Assembly: GCA_051313645.2 (NCBI GenBank)
Contig: JBNRSN020000015.1
Coordinates: 125,922,001 to 125,986,000 of the forward strand
Origin: Centroscyllium fabricii
Lineage: Eukaryota
DNA: 64,000 nucleotides
Reading direction: 5' to 3'
The notes under the pieces were generated by a model. The model had not been told where the DNA came from. It was given only the letters and a program-made list of their open reading frames with translations, and did no database searches. This document shows positions 49,579-61,813 of the stretch, in pieces (the stretch's first letter is position 1; every line of letters starts with the position of its first letter). Made by a program: the position numbers and the translations under genes.

Positions 49579-49615
49579 AGTTCTGATGAAGGGTCTTCGA
49601 CCTGAAACGTTAACT
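49579..49615 (+). ncRNA. Minimal type I hammerhead ribozyme motif (family A)
   Basis: agtt-CTGATGA-a-gggtc ttc gacct-GAAA-cg-TT-aact: helix I, helix II and palindromic ACGT in place of helix III. Confidence 0.8.
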
Positions 49616-49854
49616 CCATTTCTCTCTCCACCAGTGCCGCCTGGCCTGCTGAGTTTTTCCAGCGTTTTCTGTTGTTATTTAGGAGGTTATGCTGATAAGG
49701 TGAGCTAGAAGAGGGTTGGGAGGAGGCTTGTGTGGAGCATAAACACCAGCACGGACCAGTTGGGCCGAATGGCCTGTTCCTCTGCTGTATATTCGATGTC
49801 ATTCCAAGGATTTCCCCCAATTGGATCGCCTTCGAAAAGCAAACCAAACAGTGC

Positions 49855-50150
49855 CTCCCCTGGCTCAGTGTGTGAGTGCACCGCCCGGGTAATACTGAGC
49901 CAGGAGAGACCAGGAAAGTCCCAAGTTTGATCCTCACGTCTACACAGAGTTATCTGGGTCAGCAGCAGGGACATAACAACTGACCCTTGGGCTCGAGAGG
50001 GAAAATGAGGGAGAAGTCCGACTGCTGGCGCGTGTGTGGATGTTGCGGGGAAGATAGGACCCTACTCGGCTCTTATACCTCAGAGGTGAACATTCCTCCA
50101 TCACAACTCTCATGGCAGATGGCAGTAAATATCTGGCTGTCATTCGGACG
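49855..50150 (+). mobile_element. Old tRNA-derived SINE, possibly AmnSINE2/LmeSINE2-like
   Basis: TGGCTCAGTG...ACTGAGCCA..AGACCAGGAA.GTCCCA.GTTTGATCC resembles that family as recalled. Confidence 0.35.
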
Positions 50151-50184
50151 AGACGTCTTTCAAGTCCCACTCCAGAGACTTTGA

Positions 50185-50935
50185 GCAACAAGCGAGACTC
50201 TAACCATCTCCCCTTGACATTCAATGGCATTATCATCGCTGAATCCCCCACTATCAACATCCTGGGGGTTACCATTGATCGGAAACTGAACTGGACAAGC
50301 CATATAAATACTGTGGCTACAAGAGCAGGCCAGAGGCAGGGGATTCTGCGGCGAGTGTCTCATCTCCTGACTCCCCAAATCCTTTACACCATCTACAAGG
50401 CACAAGTCAGGAGTGTGATGGAATACTCTCCACTTGCCTGGATGAGTGCAGCTCCAACAACACTCAAGAAGCTCGACACCATTCAGGATAAAGCAGGCCG
50501 CTTGATTGGCACTCCATCCACCACCTTCAACATTCACTCCCTCCACCACCGGCGCACTGTGGCTGCAGTGTGTACCATCTACAAGATGCACTGCAGCAAC
50601 TCGCCAAAGCTCCTTCAACAGCACCTTCCAAACCCGCGACCTCTACCACTTAGAAGGACAAGGGCAGCAAACGCATGGGAACAGCACCACCTACAAGTTC
50701 CCCTCCAAGCCACACACCATCCTGACTTGGACCTGTATCGCCGCTCCTTCACTGTCGCTGGGCCAAAATCCTGGAACTCCCTTCCTAACAACATTGTGGG
50801 TGTACCTACACCACATGGACTGCAGCGGTACAAGAAGGTGGCTCACCACCATCTTCTCAAGGGCAATGAGGGATGGGTACTAAATGCAGGCCTAGCCAGC
50901 CAGCGACGCCCACATCCCATCAATGAATAAAAAAT
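50185..50935 (+). mobile_element. Second CR1-clade LINE family, 3' fragment
   Basis: Near-identical protein to 18357-19259. Further pieces at 25260-25420, 25900-26300 and 46640-46830. Confidence 0.88.
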
Positions 50936-53900
50936 TTAAAAAAATCTAGGCCGACACGCCCTGTGGCAGCACTGAGGGAGTGCTGCACTGTCGGAGGTGC
51001 CATCTTTAGGATGAGCCATTAAAATGGGGCCCCATCTGCCCCTCAGGTGGACCTAAAAGATGACATGGCACTATTTCGAAGAGGAGCGCGGCTATTGGTG
51101 GTCATGGTCCCCTTAACTCTTTTTCCACCCCCAACCCTCCCTCGCTCATTGTGGTGGGGTTAATATTCAAGGCCAACATAGCTAAAACATGAGAGTCCAA
51201 GTCAGAGGCGGCCATGCTCAAACTGTTAGTCAGATCACGCTACTATATCCAGTTCCAGTCAGCGACACAAAAGAGATATTCAAGTGCTGGAGGCAGTACA
51301 GGGAAAAGTGACAAGCGTGATGGGCGACACGGTGGCGCAGTGGTTAGCACTGCTGCCTCGCAATAAGGAGCTCCTGGGTTCGAATCCTGCTTGGCCCGGG
51401 ACCTCTCTGCATGGAGTTTGCATGTCCTCCCCGTGTTCGTGTGGGTTTCCTCCGTGTACTCCGGTTTCCTCCCACCACCCAAAGACATGCAGGTTAGGTT
51501 AATTGGAGATATTAAAAATTGCCCATGAGTATGTGTGTGAGATATAATTCTTAGAGTTGGGGGATATGGGGAGAGGGTAGGAGGGGGGTGCTGGGCTTGG
51601 ATGATCAGCCATGATCTCATCAAAATGGCGGAGCAGGCTCGAAGGGCCGAATGGCCCACTCCTGCTCCTATCTTCTGTGTTTCTGTGATTTGTAACATCA
51701 GAGCACGAGGAATACTAGAGAAACAAGGTTTTTTTTAAATTGTTACATAGAAGATAGGAGCAGGAGTAGGCCATTCGGCCCCTCAAGCCTGCTCTGCCAT
51801 TCAATGAGATCATGGCTGATCAAGGTTGAAAAGAGACATCTGAGCAGTATGCAAGATAGATAGTGATATGGAACAGGCACATTTGGAAAATGACTTCAAA
51901 CTACGTTGGAAGTGTAGGAAAAAGTACAAACGAGGGAAAAGCAAATTTAAGACTCATATTAGGAAATTCATTGCAAGGAGTTATTAATACAGAAATATTG
52001 GAGCAATAAGAACATAAGAAATAGGAGCAGGAGTCGGCCATTCAGCCCTTCTAGCTTGTTCCGCCATTCAATGAGATCATGGCTGATCTTCTGCCTCAAC
52101 TCCATTCACCGGCCCTATCGCCAGATCCCTTGAAGCCCTTAGTCGTCAGCAGTCTATCAACTTCTGTTTTGAATATACCCAATGACTGAGCCTCCACAGC
52201 CCTCTGGGGTAGAGAATTCTAAAGATTCACCACCCTCTGTGTGAAGAAATTTCTTCTCATCTCAGTCCTGAATGGCCTACCCTTTATCCTGTGGCTGTGG
52301 CCCCTGGTTCTAGACACTCCAGCCAAGGGAAACATTCTCCCAGTATCCACCCTATCAAGCCCTGTAATAATTTTGTATGCTTCAATGAGATTCCCTCTCA
52401 TTCTTCTGAAGTCAAGAGAATACAGGCCTAGTTTACTCAATCTCTTCTCATACGACAGTCCTGCCATCCCAGGAATCAATCTCGTGAATCTTCGTTGCAC
52501 TCGCTCTATGGCAAATATATCCTTCCTTAGGCAAGGAGACCAAAATTGTACACCATTCTCCAGGTGTGGTCTCACCAAGGCCCTATATAATTGGAATAAG
52601 ACTTCTTTACTCCTGTACTCAAATCGTCTTGTAATGAAGGCCAGCATAACAATTACCTTCCTAATGGCTTGCTGCACCTGCACATTCACTTTCAGTGACT
52701 CATGTACAAGGACACCCAGGTCCCTTTGAGCATCTGCATTCCCCAATCTTTCACCATTTAGGAAATACTCTGCCTTTCTGTTTTTTCTGCCAAAGTGGAT
52801 AACTTCACATTTCTCCACATTATATTCCATCTGCCATGTTCTTGCCCACTCACTGAGCCTGTCAAGATCCCCTTGAAGCTTCTTCACATTCTCTTCATAA
52901 CTGACACTGCCACCTAGCTTTGTATCATCAGCAAATTTTGAAAATGTTACATTTAGTCCCCTTATCCAAATCATTGATATAGATTGTGAATAGCTGGGGC
53001 CCAAGCACCAATCCTTGTGGTACCCCACTAGTCACAGCCTGCCATCCTGAAAAAGATCCGTTGATCTCAACTCTTTGTTTTCCGTCTGTTAACCAATTCT
53101 CAATCCATGCTAGTATATTATCCCCAATTCCATGTGCCCTAATTTTGTTCACCAACCTCTTGTGTGGGATCTTATCGAAGGCCTTCTGAAAATCCAAATA
53201 CACCACATCTACCGGTTCCCCTTTGTCTACCCCACTAGTTACATCCTCAAAGAACTCCAATAGGTTTGTGAGACAGGATTTCTCTTTCAGAAATCCATGT
53301 TGACTCTGCCCAATCTTCCTGTTAGTTTCTAAATGTCCAGTTATTGCATCCTTTATAATAGATTCCAGCATTTTCCCAACTACTGATGTGAGGCGAACAG
53401 GTCTGTAGTTCCTGTTTTCTCTCTCCCTCCTTTCTTAAATAGCGGGGTTACATTTGCTGCCTTCCAATCCGCAGGAACCGTTCCAGAATCTAGAGAATTT
53501 TGGAAGATGACAACCAATGCGTCCACTATCCCAGTGGCCACCTCTTTCAAAACCCTAGGATGTAGGTCATCCGCTCCTTGGGATTTATCGACTTTTAGTC
53601 CCATTAATTTTGCCAGTACTTTTATTTTACTAATAATAATTTCTTTAAGTTCCTCATTCTCATCATACCCATGGTTTTCTCATATTTCTGGGAGGTTTTT
53701 TGTATCTTTCTCCGTGAAGACAGAAACAAAGTATTTATTTAATTTCTCTGCCATTTCCTCATTCCCCATTATAAATTCTCCTGTCTGGCTCTAAAGGACC
53801 TACATTTACCTTCGCCAGTCTTTTCCTTTTCACATACCTATAGAAGCTTTTACAATCAGTTTTTATATTTTTCGCTAGTTTGTGCTCAGATTCCATTTTC

Positions 53901-54836
53901 ACTTTCTTTATCAATTTCTTGGTCCCCCTTTGCTGATTTCTAAAAAGATCCCAATCGTCAGGCTAACCGCTTTTTCTGGCAACTATATAAGCTTCCTCCT
54001 TTGACTTAATAATAGCTTTAATTTCTTTTGTTAGCCATGGTTGGCTCACTTTTCCTTTTGGGTTTTTATGCCCTGGAGGAATATATGTTTGTTGCAAATG
54101 ATGCATTATGTCCTTGAATGTTAGCCATTGTATATCCACCTTCACACCTTTTAGTGTAGTCTCCCAATCTACCATGGCCAACTTGTCCCTCAGACCCTTG
54201 TAGTTTCCTCTGTTTAGATTGAAGACCTTAGTTTCAGATTGGACTACATCACTCTCAAACTTAAATGTAAAATTCAATCATATTATGGTCACTTGTCCCT
54301 AAAGGCCCCTTTACCACAAGATTATTGATTATCCCTTTCTCATTGCACAGTACCAGATCTAGAATCGCCTGTTCCCTGGTTGGTTCCTCCACACTCTGAT
54401 CCAGGAAACCAGCTTGAATACATTCCAAGAATTCGTCCTCCACACCATTAGTGGTAATTTGATTTGCCCAGTCAATATGTAGATTAAAGTCCCCCATGAT
54501 TACCGTATTGCCCTTGTTATATGCGCTTCTAATTTCTTGATTGATACTATGCCCAGCATTACCACTACTGTTTGGTGGCCTGTACACAACTCCCACCAAT
54601 GTTTTCTGGTCTTTGCTGTTTCTTAGCTTCACCCAAACTGATTCCAGCTCTATATAATGATCTGCCAAGCCAAGATCTTTTATCTCTACCGAACCGATCT
54701 CATCCCTTATTAACATCGCTACGCCACCGCCTTTTCCTTTTTGTCTGCCCTTCCTAAATGTTGAGTACCCTGGAACATTCAGTTCCCAGCTTTCATTACC
54801 CTGCAACCATGTCTCTCTAATGGCAATTGCATCATA

Positions 54837-56151
54837 CAGGTACACAATCCCTTAACCACACATCTGAAAACCGAAAAGCTCCGAAAACCGAAACCCCGAG
54901 TTGTGCCAAAACTGACTGTAATGTAATGTCTCCATGTTTGCAAATGGCACAAAGCTGGGAGGATGTGTGTGCTGCAAGGAGGATACCAGGAAGCTCCAGG
55001 ATGATTTGGACAGATTGGGCGAGTGGGCTGAGATGTGGCAGGTGCAGTATAATGTGGATAACTGCGAGGTTATCCACTTTGGGGGCAAAAACAGAAATGC
55101 CAACTATTATCTGAATGGCAATAGATTGGGAGAAGGGGAAGTACAACGAGACCTGGGTGTCCTTGTGCACCAGTCACTGAAGGTGAACATGCAGGTGCAG
55201 CAGGCGGTTAAGAAGGCAAATGGTATGTTGGCCTTCATCGCGAAAGGGTTCGAGTACAGGAACAGGGAGGTCTTGCTGCAGTTGTACAGGGCCTTGGTGA
55301 GACCACACCTTGAGTACTGTGTGCAATTTTGGTCTCCTTATCTAAGGAAGGACGTTCTTGCCATGGAGGGAGTGCAGAGAAGATTCACCAGGCTGATACC
55401 TGGGATGGCAGGAATGACGTATGAGGAGAGACTGGGTAGACTGGGTTTGTACTCTCTGGAGTTTAGAAGATTGAGAGGGGATCTCATTGAAACATATAAT
55501 ATTCTAACTGGTCTGGACAAACGTGATGCAGGAAGAATGTTCCCGATGATCGGAGAGTCCAGAACCAGAGGTCATAGACAAATGATAAGGTGTAACTCAT
55601 TTAGGACTGAGATGAGGATGAATTTCTTCACCCAGAGAGTGGTGAACCTGTGGAATTCTCTACCACAGAGGGCGGTGGAGGCTAGTTCATTGAATATATT
55701 CAAGAAGGAGCTGGATATATTTCTTAAGGCTAGAGGGATCAAGGGATATGGGGAGAAAGCAGGGACGGGGTACTGAGTTTGGATGATCAGCCATGATCTC
55801 ATTGAATGGCGGAGCAGGCTCGAGGGGCCGAATGGCCTACTCCTGCTCCTATCTTCTGTGTTTCTGTTTCTATGACCCGTTTTGAAAGCCAATTCAATAT
55901 AATCCAGTGATAAAAGTAAAATTAACAAGAAAGTAGAGCTTACCAATGTAAAAAAATGGATCCACGGGTCCAATTCCTCCCCGAGCCCACAATCTCCTAC
56001 CGTTTCAGCCTGCGCGCTGGGCCACCAACACGGCAATTCGCATGCACGTGTAATCTGTGCATGCGCACTGGGCACCATCCGAAAACCGAAAAATCACGAA
56101 AACTGAGTCCTGTCCGGTCCCACGGGTTTTGGATAAGGGATTCTGTACCTG
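54837..56151. mobile_element. Tigger4/MER46-like MITE inside a CR1, itself interrupted by a CR1
   Basis: TIRs CAGGTACACAATCCCTTA and (reverse complement) CAGGTACAGAATCCCTTA, flanks TA / TC. Removing it rejoins the CR1 endonuclease frame ...QIEVSR|YDAIAIRETW. Confidence 0.82.
54918..55873 (+). mobile_element. CR1 3' fragment nested in the Tigger-like MITE
   Basis: ORF 54934-55776, very similar to 1140-2075. Confidence 0.92.
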
Positions 56152-56377
56152 TCCCTACTTACTTCTATTTGTGTCATTAATTCATCCACCTTGTTGCGAA
56201 TGCTATGTGCATTTAGGTAAAGTGCCTTCAATTTTGCCTGTTTAATATTTTTCTGCACTTCGACCCTCTTTACAGTTGGCCTTTGTTTCTGCTCCCTACC
56301 AGTTTTGCTGACTACTTTTCGAACTTGCACTTCCAGCTTTGTTTCTCTCCGTTCTGGGCCCACACTCAGGTTCCCAC

Positions 56378-56905
56378 CTTATCTGAGGAAGGATGTTCTT
56401 GCCATGGAGGGAGTGCAGTGAAGATTCACCAGGCTGATACTTGGGATGGCAGGAATGACGTATGAGGAGAGATTGGGTCGATTGGGCTTATACTCGCTGG
56501 AGTTTAGAAGAATGAGAGGGGATCTCATCGAAACCTATAAAATTCTAACAGGACTAGACAGACTAGATGCAGGAAGGATGTTCCTTGTGGTGGGGGAGTC
56601 CAGAACCAGGGGTCACAGTCTAAAGATAAGGGATAAGCCATTTAGGACTGAGTTGAGGAGGAATTTCTTCACCCAGAGAGTGGTGAACCTGTGGAATTCT
56701 GTACCACACAAAGCAGTGGAGGTCAATTCATTAAATCTATTCAAGAAGGAGTTAGATATATTTCTTAAGCCAAAAGGAATCAAGGGATATGGGGAGAAGG
56801 CAGGGACAGGGTGCTGAGTTTTGATGATCAGCCATGATCTCATTAAATGGCGGAGCAGGCTCGAGGGGCCGAATGGCCGACTCCTGCTCCTATCTTCTAT
56901 GTTTC
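56378..56905 (+). mobile_element. CR1 3' fragment
   Basis: ORF 56446-56817 plus tail. Confidence 0.9.
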
Positions 56906-57227
56906 CCAGCCCCCTGACAAACTAGTTTAAATCCTTCCCAACAGCACCAGCAAACCCCACTGCGAGGATAAAGGCAGAAACTTTTGGAATCATTTATGAA
57001 AGGACGCGAGGATGGATGAACTAGGACGGGCCAAATTGCTTTCCACTTCTGGGTTTATCTTGCGACCTTGTGCTAAAATGCATCATCATTCTTATTAACT
57101 TTAACAAAACTAAGACGGTGCCGATAGTGAGACACCTTTAACCCCATCACAATTCCTTATTTATCGCCGTGAATTTCTGCAACATGGCCTGACCATGCAC
57201 AGATACATCAGCCAGTAGATTCCAGAA

Positions 57228-58426
57228 ACATTCCAGAAAGCCTTTGACAAGGTCCCTCATAGGAGATTGGCAGGCAAAATTAAGGCTCATGGGATTGGGG
57301 GCAAGGTATTGGCATGGATAGAGAACTGGTTGGCAGATAGAAAAACAGAGAGTTGGGATAAACGGGTCGTTTTCTGATTGGCGGGCAGTGACTAGTGGGG
57401 TACCACAGGGGTCGGTACTGGGACCCCAGCTGTTCACAATATATATTAATGACCTGGATGAGGGAATTGGATGTAACATCTCCAAATTCGCAGATGACAC
57501 TAAGCTTGGAGGGGGAGTATGCTCTGAGGAGGATGTCGGGAAGCTCCAGAGCGACCTGGACAGATTGGGGGATTGGGCGAACACATGGCAAATGCACTAT
57601 AATGTGGATAAATGTGAGGTTATCCACTTTGGTAGCAAAAACAGAAAGGCAGAGTATTATTTGAACGGCAATAGATTGGGAGATGGGGAAGTGCAAAGAG
57701 ATCTGGGTGTTCTTGTGCACCAGTCACTGAAGGTGAGCATGCAGGTGCAGCAGGCGGTTAAAAAGGCAAATGGTATGTTGGCCTTTATATCAAGAGGGTT
57801 TGAGTATAGGAATTGGGATGTCTTGCTGCAGCTGTACAGGGTCTTGGTGAGGCCACACCTTGAGTATTGTGTGCAGTTTTGGTCGCCGCATCTGAGGAAG
57901 GATGTTCTTGCCATGGAGGGAGTACAGCGACGATTCACCAGGCTGATACCTGGGATGGCAGGAATGACTTATGAGGAGAGATTGTGTAGTCTGGGCTTAT
58001 ACTCGCTGGAGTTTAGAAGATTAAGAGGGGATCTCATCGAGACTTATAAAATTCTGTCAGGCTTGGACAGGTTAGATGCAGAAAGGATGTTTCCGATGGC
58101 CGGGGAGTCGAGAACCAGGGGGCATAGTCTAAGGATAAGGGGTAAGCCTTGTAGGACTGACATGAGGAGGAAATTCTTCACACAGAGAGTGGTGAACCTG
58201 TGGAATTCCTTGCCACAGAGGGCGGTGGAGGCCGGTTCATTGAATATATTCAAGAGGGACCTGGATATATTTCTTCAGGCTAAAGGGATTAAGGGATATG
58301 GGGAGAAGGCAGGGACTGGGTACTGAACGTGTAAGATCAGCCATGATCTCATTGAATGGCGGAGCAGGCTCGAAGGGCCGAATGGCCGACTCCTGCTCCT
58401 ATCTTCTATGATTCTATGATTCTATG
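57228..58426 (+). mobile_element. CR1 3' fragment with open 312-aa RT C-terminus
   Basis: ORF 57388-58326, (ATTCTATG)n tail. Confidence 0.93.
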
Positions 58427-59756
58427 AGAAGGGAAAATAGACACAGCCCCAAGTGTTGAGGAAAACTCAAGTGCATTGTTGTATGTAAACTCCTGGCACT
58501 AGCTGTGACTGAACAAACGATAATGATCACAACTGTAAGTGATTGTGTTTCTCATCTACATTTAGGTTGAGCTGCCCTTTAATGTCAATCCATGTAAGCA
58601 TTAATCATTCATTGTGACGCAACATTAAATGAGAAACCCCTGGAGATCTGGTCGAGTTTTGCAGTGGCTCAAATGAATATTGCATTATGCTGTACAGAAG
58701 ACTGCAAACATCATGAAAGAGGAAAAAGATAGAAAGTCTTGCATTGATAGAGCATCATTTATGACCTCTGTATATCTCAAAGAGCTTTACAGCCAATGAA
58801 ATACTTTTGAAGTGTAGTCGCTGTTGCAATGTAGGAAACTCGGCAGCCAAAAATGCACACAGCAAGCTCCCACTACCAGCAATGTGATAAACATAGAAGC
58901 AGGAGTAGGCCATTCGGCCCTTCGAGCCTGCTCCGCCATTCAACGAGATCATGGCTGATCATCCAAACCCAGCACCCCACTCCTGCCCCCTCCTCATACC
59001 TCTCGATCCCTATCGAGCCTGCACCGACACATATCCCGCCCCATCCCCGTAACCCCACATACTCAATCCCCCTAACACTAAGGGTCAATTTATCCTGGCC
59101 AATCAACCTAACCCGCACATCTTTGGACTGTGGGAGGAAACCGGAGCACCCGGAGGAAACCCACGCAGACACGGGGAGAATGTGCAAACTCCACACAGAT
59201 AGTCACCCGAGGCTGGATTTGAACCCGGGTCTCCAGTGCTGTGAGACAGCAGTGCTAACCACTGTGCCACCGTGCTGCTCTAATGAGCAGATAATCTGTT
59301 TCAGTGATGTTGGTTGAGCGATAAATATTGGCCCCAGAACACCGGAGAGAACTCCCCTGCTCTTCTTCGAAATAGTGGCCGTGGGATATTTACGTCAACC
59401 TGAGAAGGGCCTCTGTTTAACGTCTTAGCCGAAAAGACGGCACCTCCGACAGTGAAGCACTCCTTCAGCACTGCATTGGAGTGTCAGCCTGGGTTATGTC
59501 TTCAAGTCTCTGGAGTGGGACTTAAAACCACAACCTTGTGACACAGAGACAGGAGTGCTACCCACTGAGCCACAGAATAAACCAAAGGAGTACAAGCCAC
59601 GGCCCAGGGACTATCTGTGGCCCCAAGCCCTGCCAATGGACACGCAAGAAACAGTCCTAATTGTAGTTGCATTTCTTGGATTGTCTAATTTGAATTTTGT
59701 CGGTCTGCCTGGAGATATGGAAGGTTATTGGCACTGTTACCATATTGGTAGAAACA

Positions 59757-60070
59757 AGGCCCGTTCCATCATCCAGGACCCCAATCGCCCTGGGCACGAT
59801 CTGTTCTCCCTCCTGCAGTCCGGCCGTCGGTACCACAGCATCCGAACCAGGACCAGCAGGTTCAAGAACAGTTTCTACCCACAGGCAGTGCGCCTACTGA
59901 ACTGCTAATCGCACTCGTTACTTATTTGTTTATTTGCTTATTATTTTTTATGTTTATACTTGTTTTTACTTTTGCTTTTTATATTTATACTTAAATCGAG
60001 GGAGTGAGTGGGGAGTAAGCATTCCATTGGACCAGTTACATATGGCAATAAAATAATCTTGAATCTTGAA
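59757..60070 (+). mobile_element. Rex1/Babar-like LINE 3' end
   Basis: ARSIIQDPNRPGHDLFSLLQSGRRYHSIRTRTSRFKNSFYPQAVRLLN, AT-rich UTR, AATAAA and (TCTTGAA)n tail. Confidence 0.75.
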
Positions 60071-60591
60071 AATCCTAAACCAGAATACCAATATTTGTTA
60101 CTATCCCGAGAGTTAGAGGTATAGAAATGAATGGGAACCTGTATTAAACTTTATAATGGATATAACTTTAAATTGGAGAATTTTGTCTGCGTGCTCTGAT
60201 TTAATTATTCCCCTACCCTATAACCATACTTCACCTGAAGGCTACAGTGCTGGACTGTCGGAGGTGCCGCCTTTCAGATGAGGCGTTAAACTGAGGCTCC
60301 GTCTGTCCCTCTCAGGCGGACATAAAAGACCCACGGCACCATTTTGAAGAAGAGCAGGGGAGTTCTCCCCGGTGTCCGGGCCAATGTTGATCCTTCAATT
60401 TGCAAACTGTCTGCTGCGTTTCCTGCGGCAAGGTTGATATAGTCTCATCATTACTCCTTGCTTTTTATATTCTATGCACCTCGTGGCAAAACCTGGAACC
60501 CAGGTGTCACCCGTGGCTCAGTGGGTAGTCCTCTTGCTTTGGAGTCAGACGGTTACAGGCGTGAGTCCCACTCCAGAGACTTAAAAACAAC

Positions 60592-61349
60592 GGCCCAGAA
60601 ATTCGGGTTGGAGGCTTCCCGCGAGTGCAAGCCTCCAAACCACACTTACGGAGCGCGCCGGCCGTTCACCATTGCACCCGCATGGAATTCCGATGCGGGG
60701 CCCTCCTGAACTGCCGGCGCGCTGTGCTGCTGGATCTGAGCGTCGGAGTTAGTGTGAGCTGGTGATCTGACAACGGGATACTGAAGCAAACGAAAGAAGA
60801 AGAAGAAGAAGACGTGGTCCATTCATAAGTTTGACAGGAAAAGCTGTCAAACTTCTGAATACTACAATGCCAAAACCACAGTAAATCTTAAAATATATAT
60901 TTTTTAAATCACATTGTTTAAAATTACTATCAATTACATAAATTAGCTATTTTAAACAAAAAATAAAAATTTTGAAAAAAAAAATTAAAGTATTTAATGG
61001 GGCTAAAAATAACATACCTTTCTTTAAATTATTTAAAAATGAAAAACCTGTGGGAATTTTTTTTTTAAATTGAATTAAGTAACGACTTATCTGCTGAAAA
61101 CCACTCCTTGCGCATGCAAATATCAGCCGTAACTTTTTCAAACACTTACCCTGATAAAAACCTGTAAAAATATCGGAAGTCCATTGCGCACCCGCTGCCG
61201 CGCACACGAATGCGTTCTGACCCCTGACCCCTTCTTTCAGGGGATTGGAATTGCCGGTTTCGCGCGCATGCCGGAAACCGGCAATTCCGATGGACCCACG
61301 CGTGAGTACCCCCTCCGTACGCATGCCTTGCGGGCCTAATTTCTGGCCC
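60592..61349 (-). mobile_element. PIF/Harbinger-like MITE, family H2 copy 2 (inverted), splitting a Deu-SINE
   Basis: TIR GGCCCAGAAATT, TSD AAC. Colinear with the reverse complement of 35880-36642. Confidence 0.85.
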
Positions 61350-61813
61350 AACATCTAGGCAGGCACTCCAGCACTGATGGAGCACTGCACTGGCAGGTGT
61401 CTTTTGAATGAGCCATTAAACGGAAGCATTTTAGGTGAATATACAAGATCCCACAGCACTATTTGAGAAGGGGCATTCTCTTTAGTGTCCTGCCCAATAT
61501 TTATATAAAGCATCATTACTGTGGTTTGTTTAAGCCAATATGTGTCACCTCACACTTGGCTGAATTTTGTCAATGGGGGTGCGTTGGGGGCGGGACTGCT
61601 GGGTTTCGGGTTTTAGTCCCACCCCCAACGATGTCCGGCCAACCCACGCTATTTTCCCTTGATTGACTTTGTTGAGCCCGCCCTGTGGGCTTAGCAGGCC
61701 AATTAAGGGAAAGCCGGTGACAGAGGATGTCAGCGTATGATGTTTAATCTGTCAAAAAGTTTTGACAAATGAATTGTTAGCGTTTGACAGCTTGGCGAAG
61801 CCGCCAAACACAT

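Larger units (their letters stand above)
49299..49680. mobile_element. Fold-back dimer of a Penelope-type pseudo-LTR (family A)
   Basis: About 49331-49490 is repeated in inverted orientation at about 49520-49680. Flanked by the direct repeat AGGAGGTTATGC. Confidence 0.8.
52008..56380 (-). mobile_element. Near-complete CR1 ORF2 (endonuclease + RT), frameshifted and interrupted at 54837-56151
   Basis: LYLNAHSIRNK, ETWL, YRPPNS, GDFNL, SDHN, QHGF, DFQKAFD, FADDTK. Confidence 0.92.
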
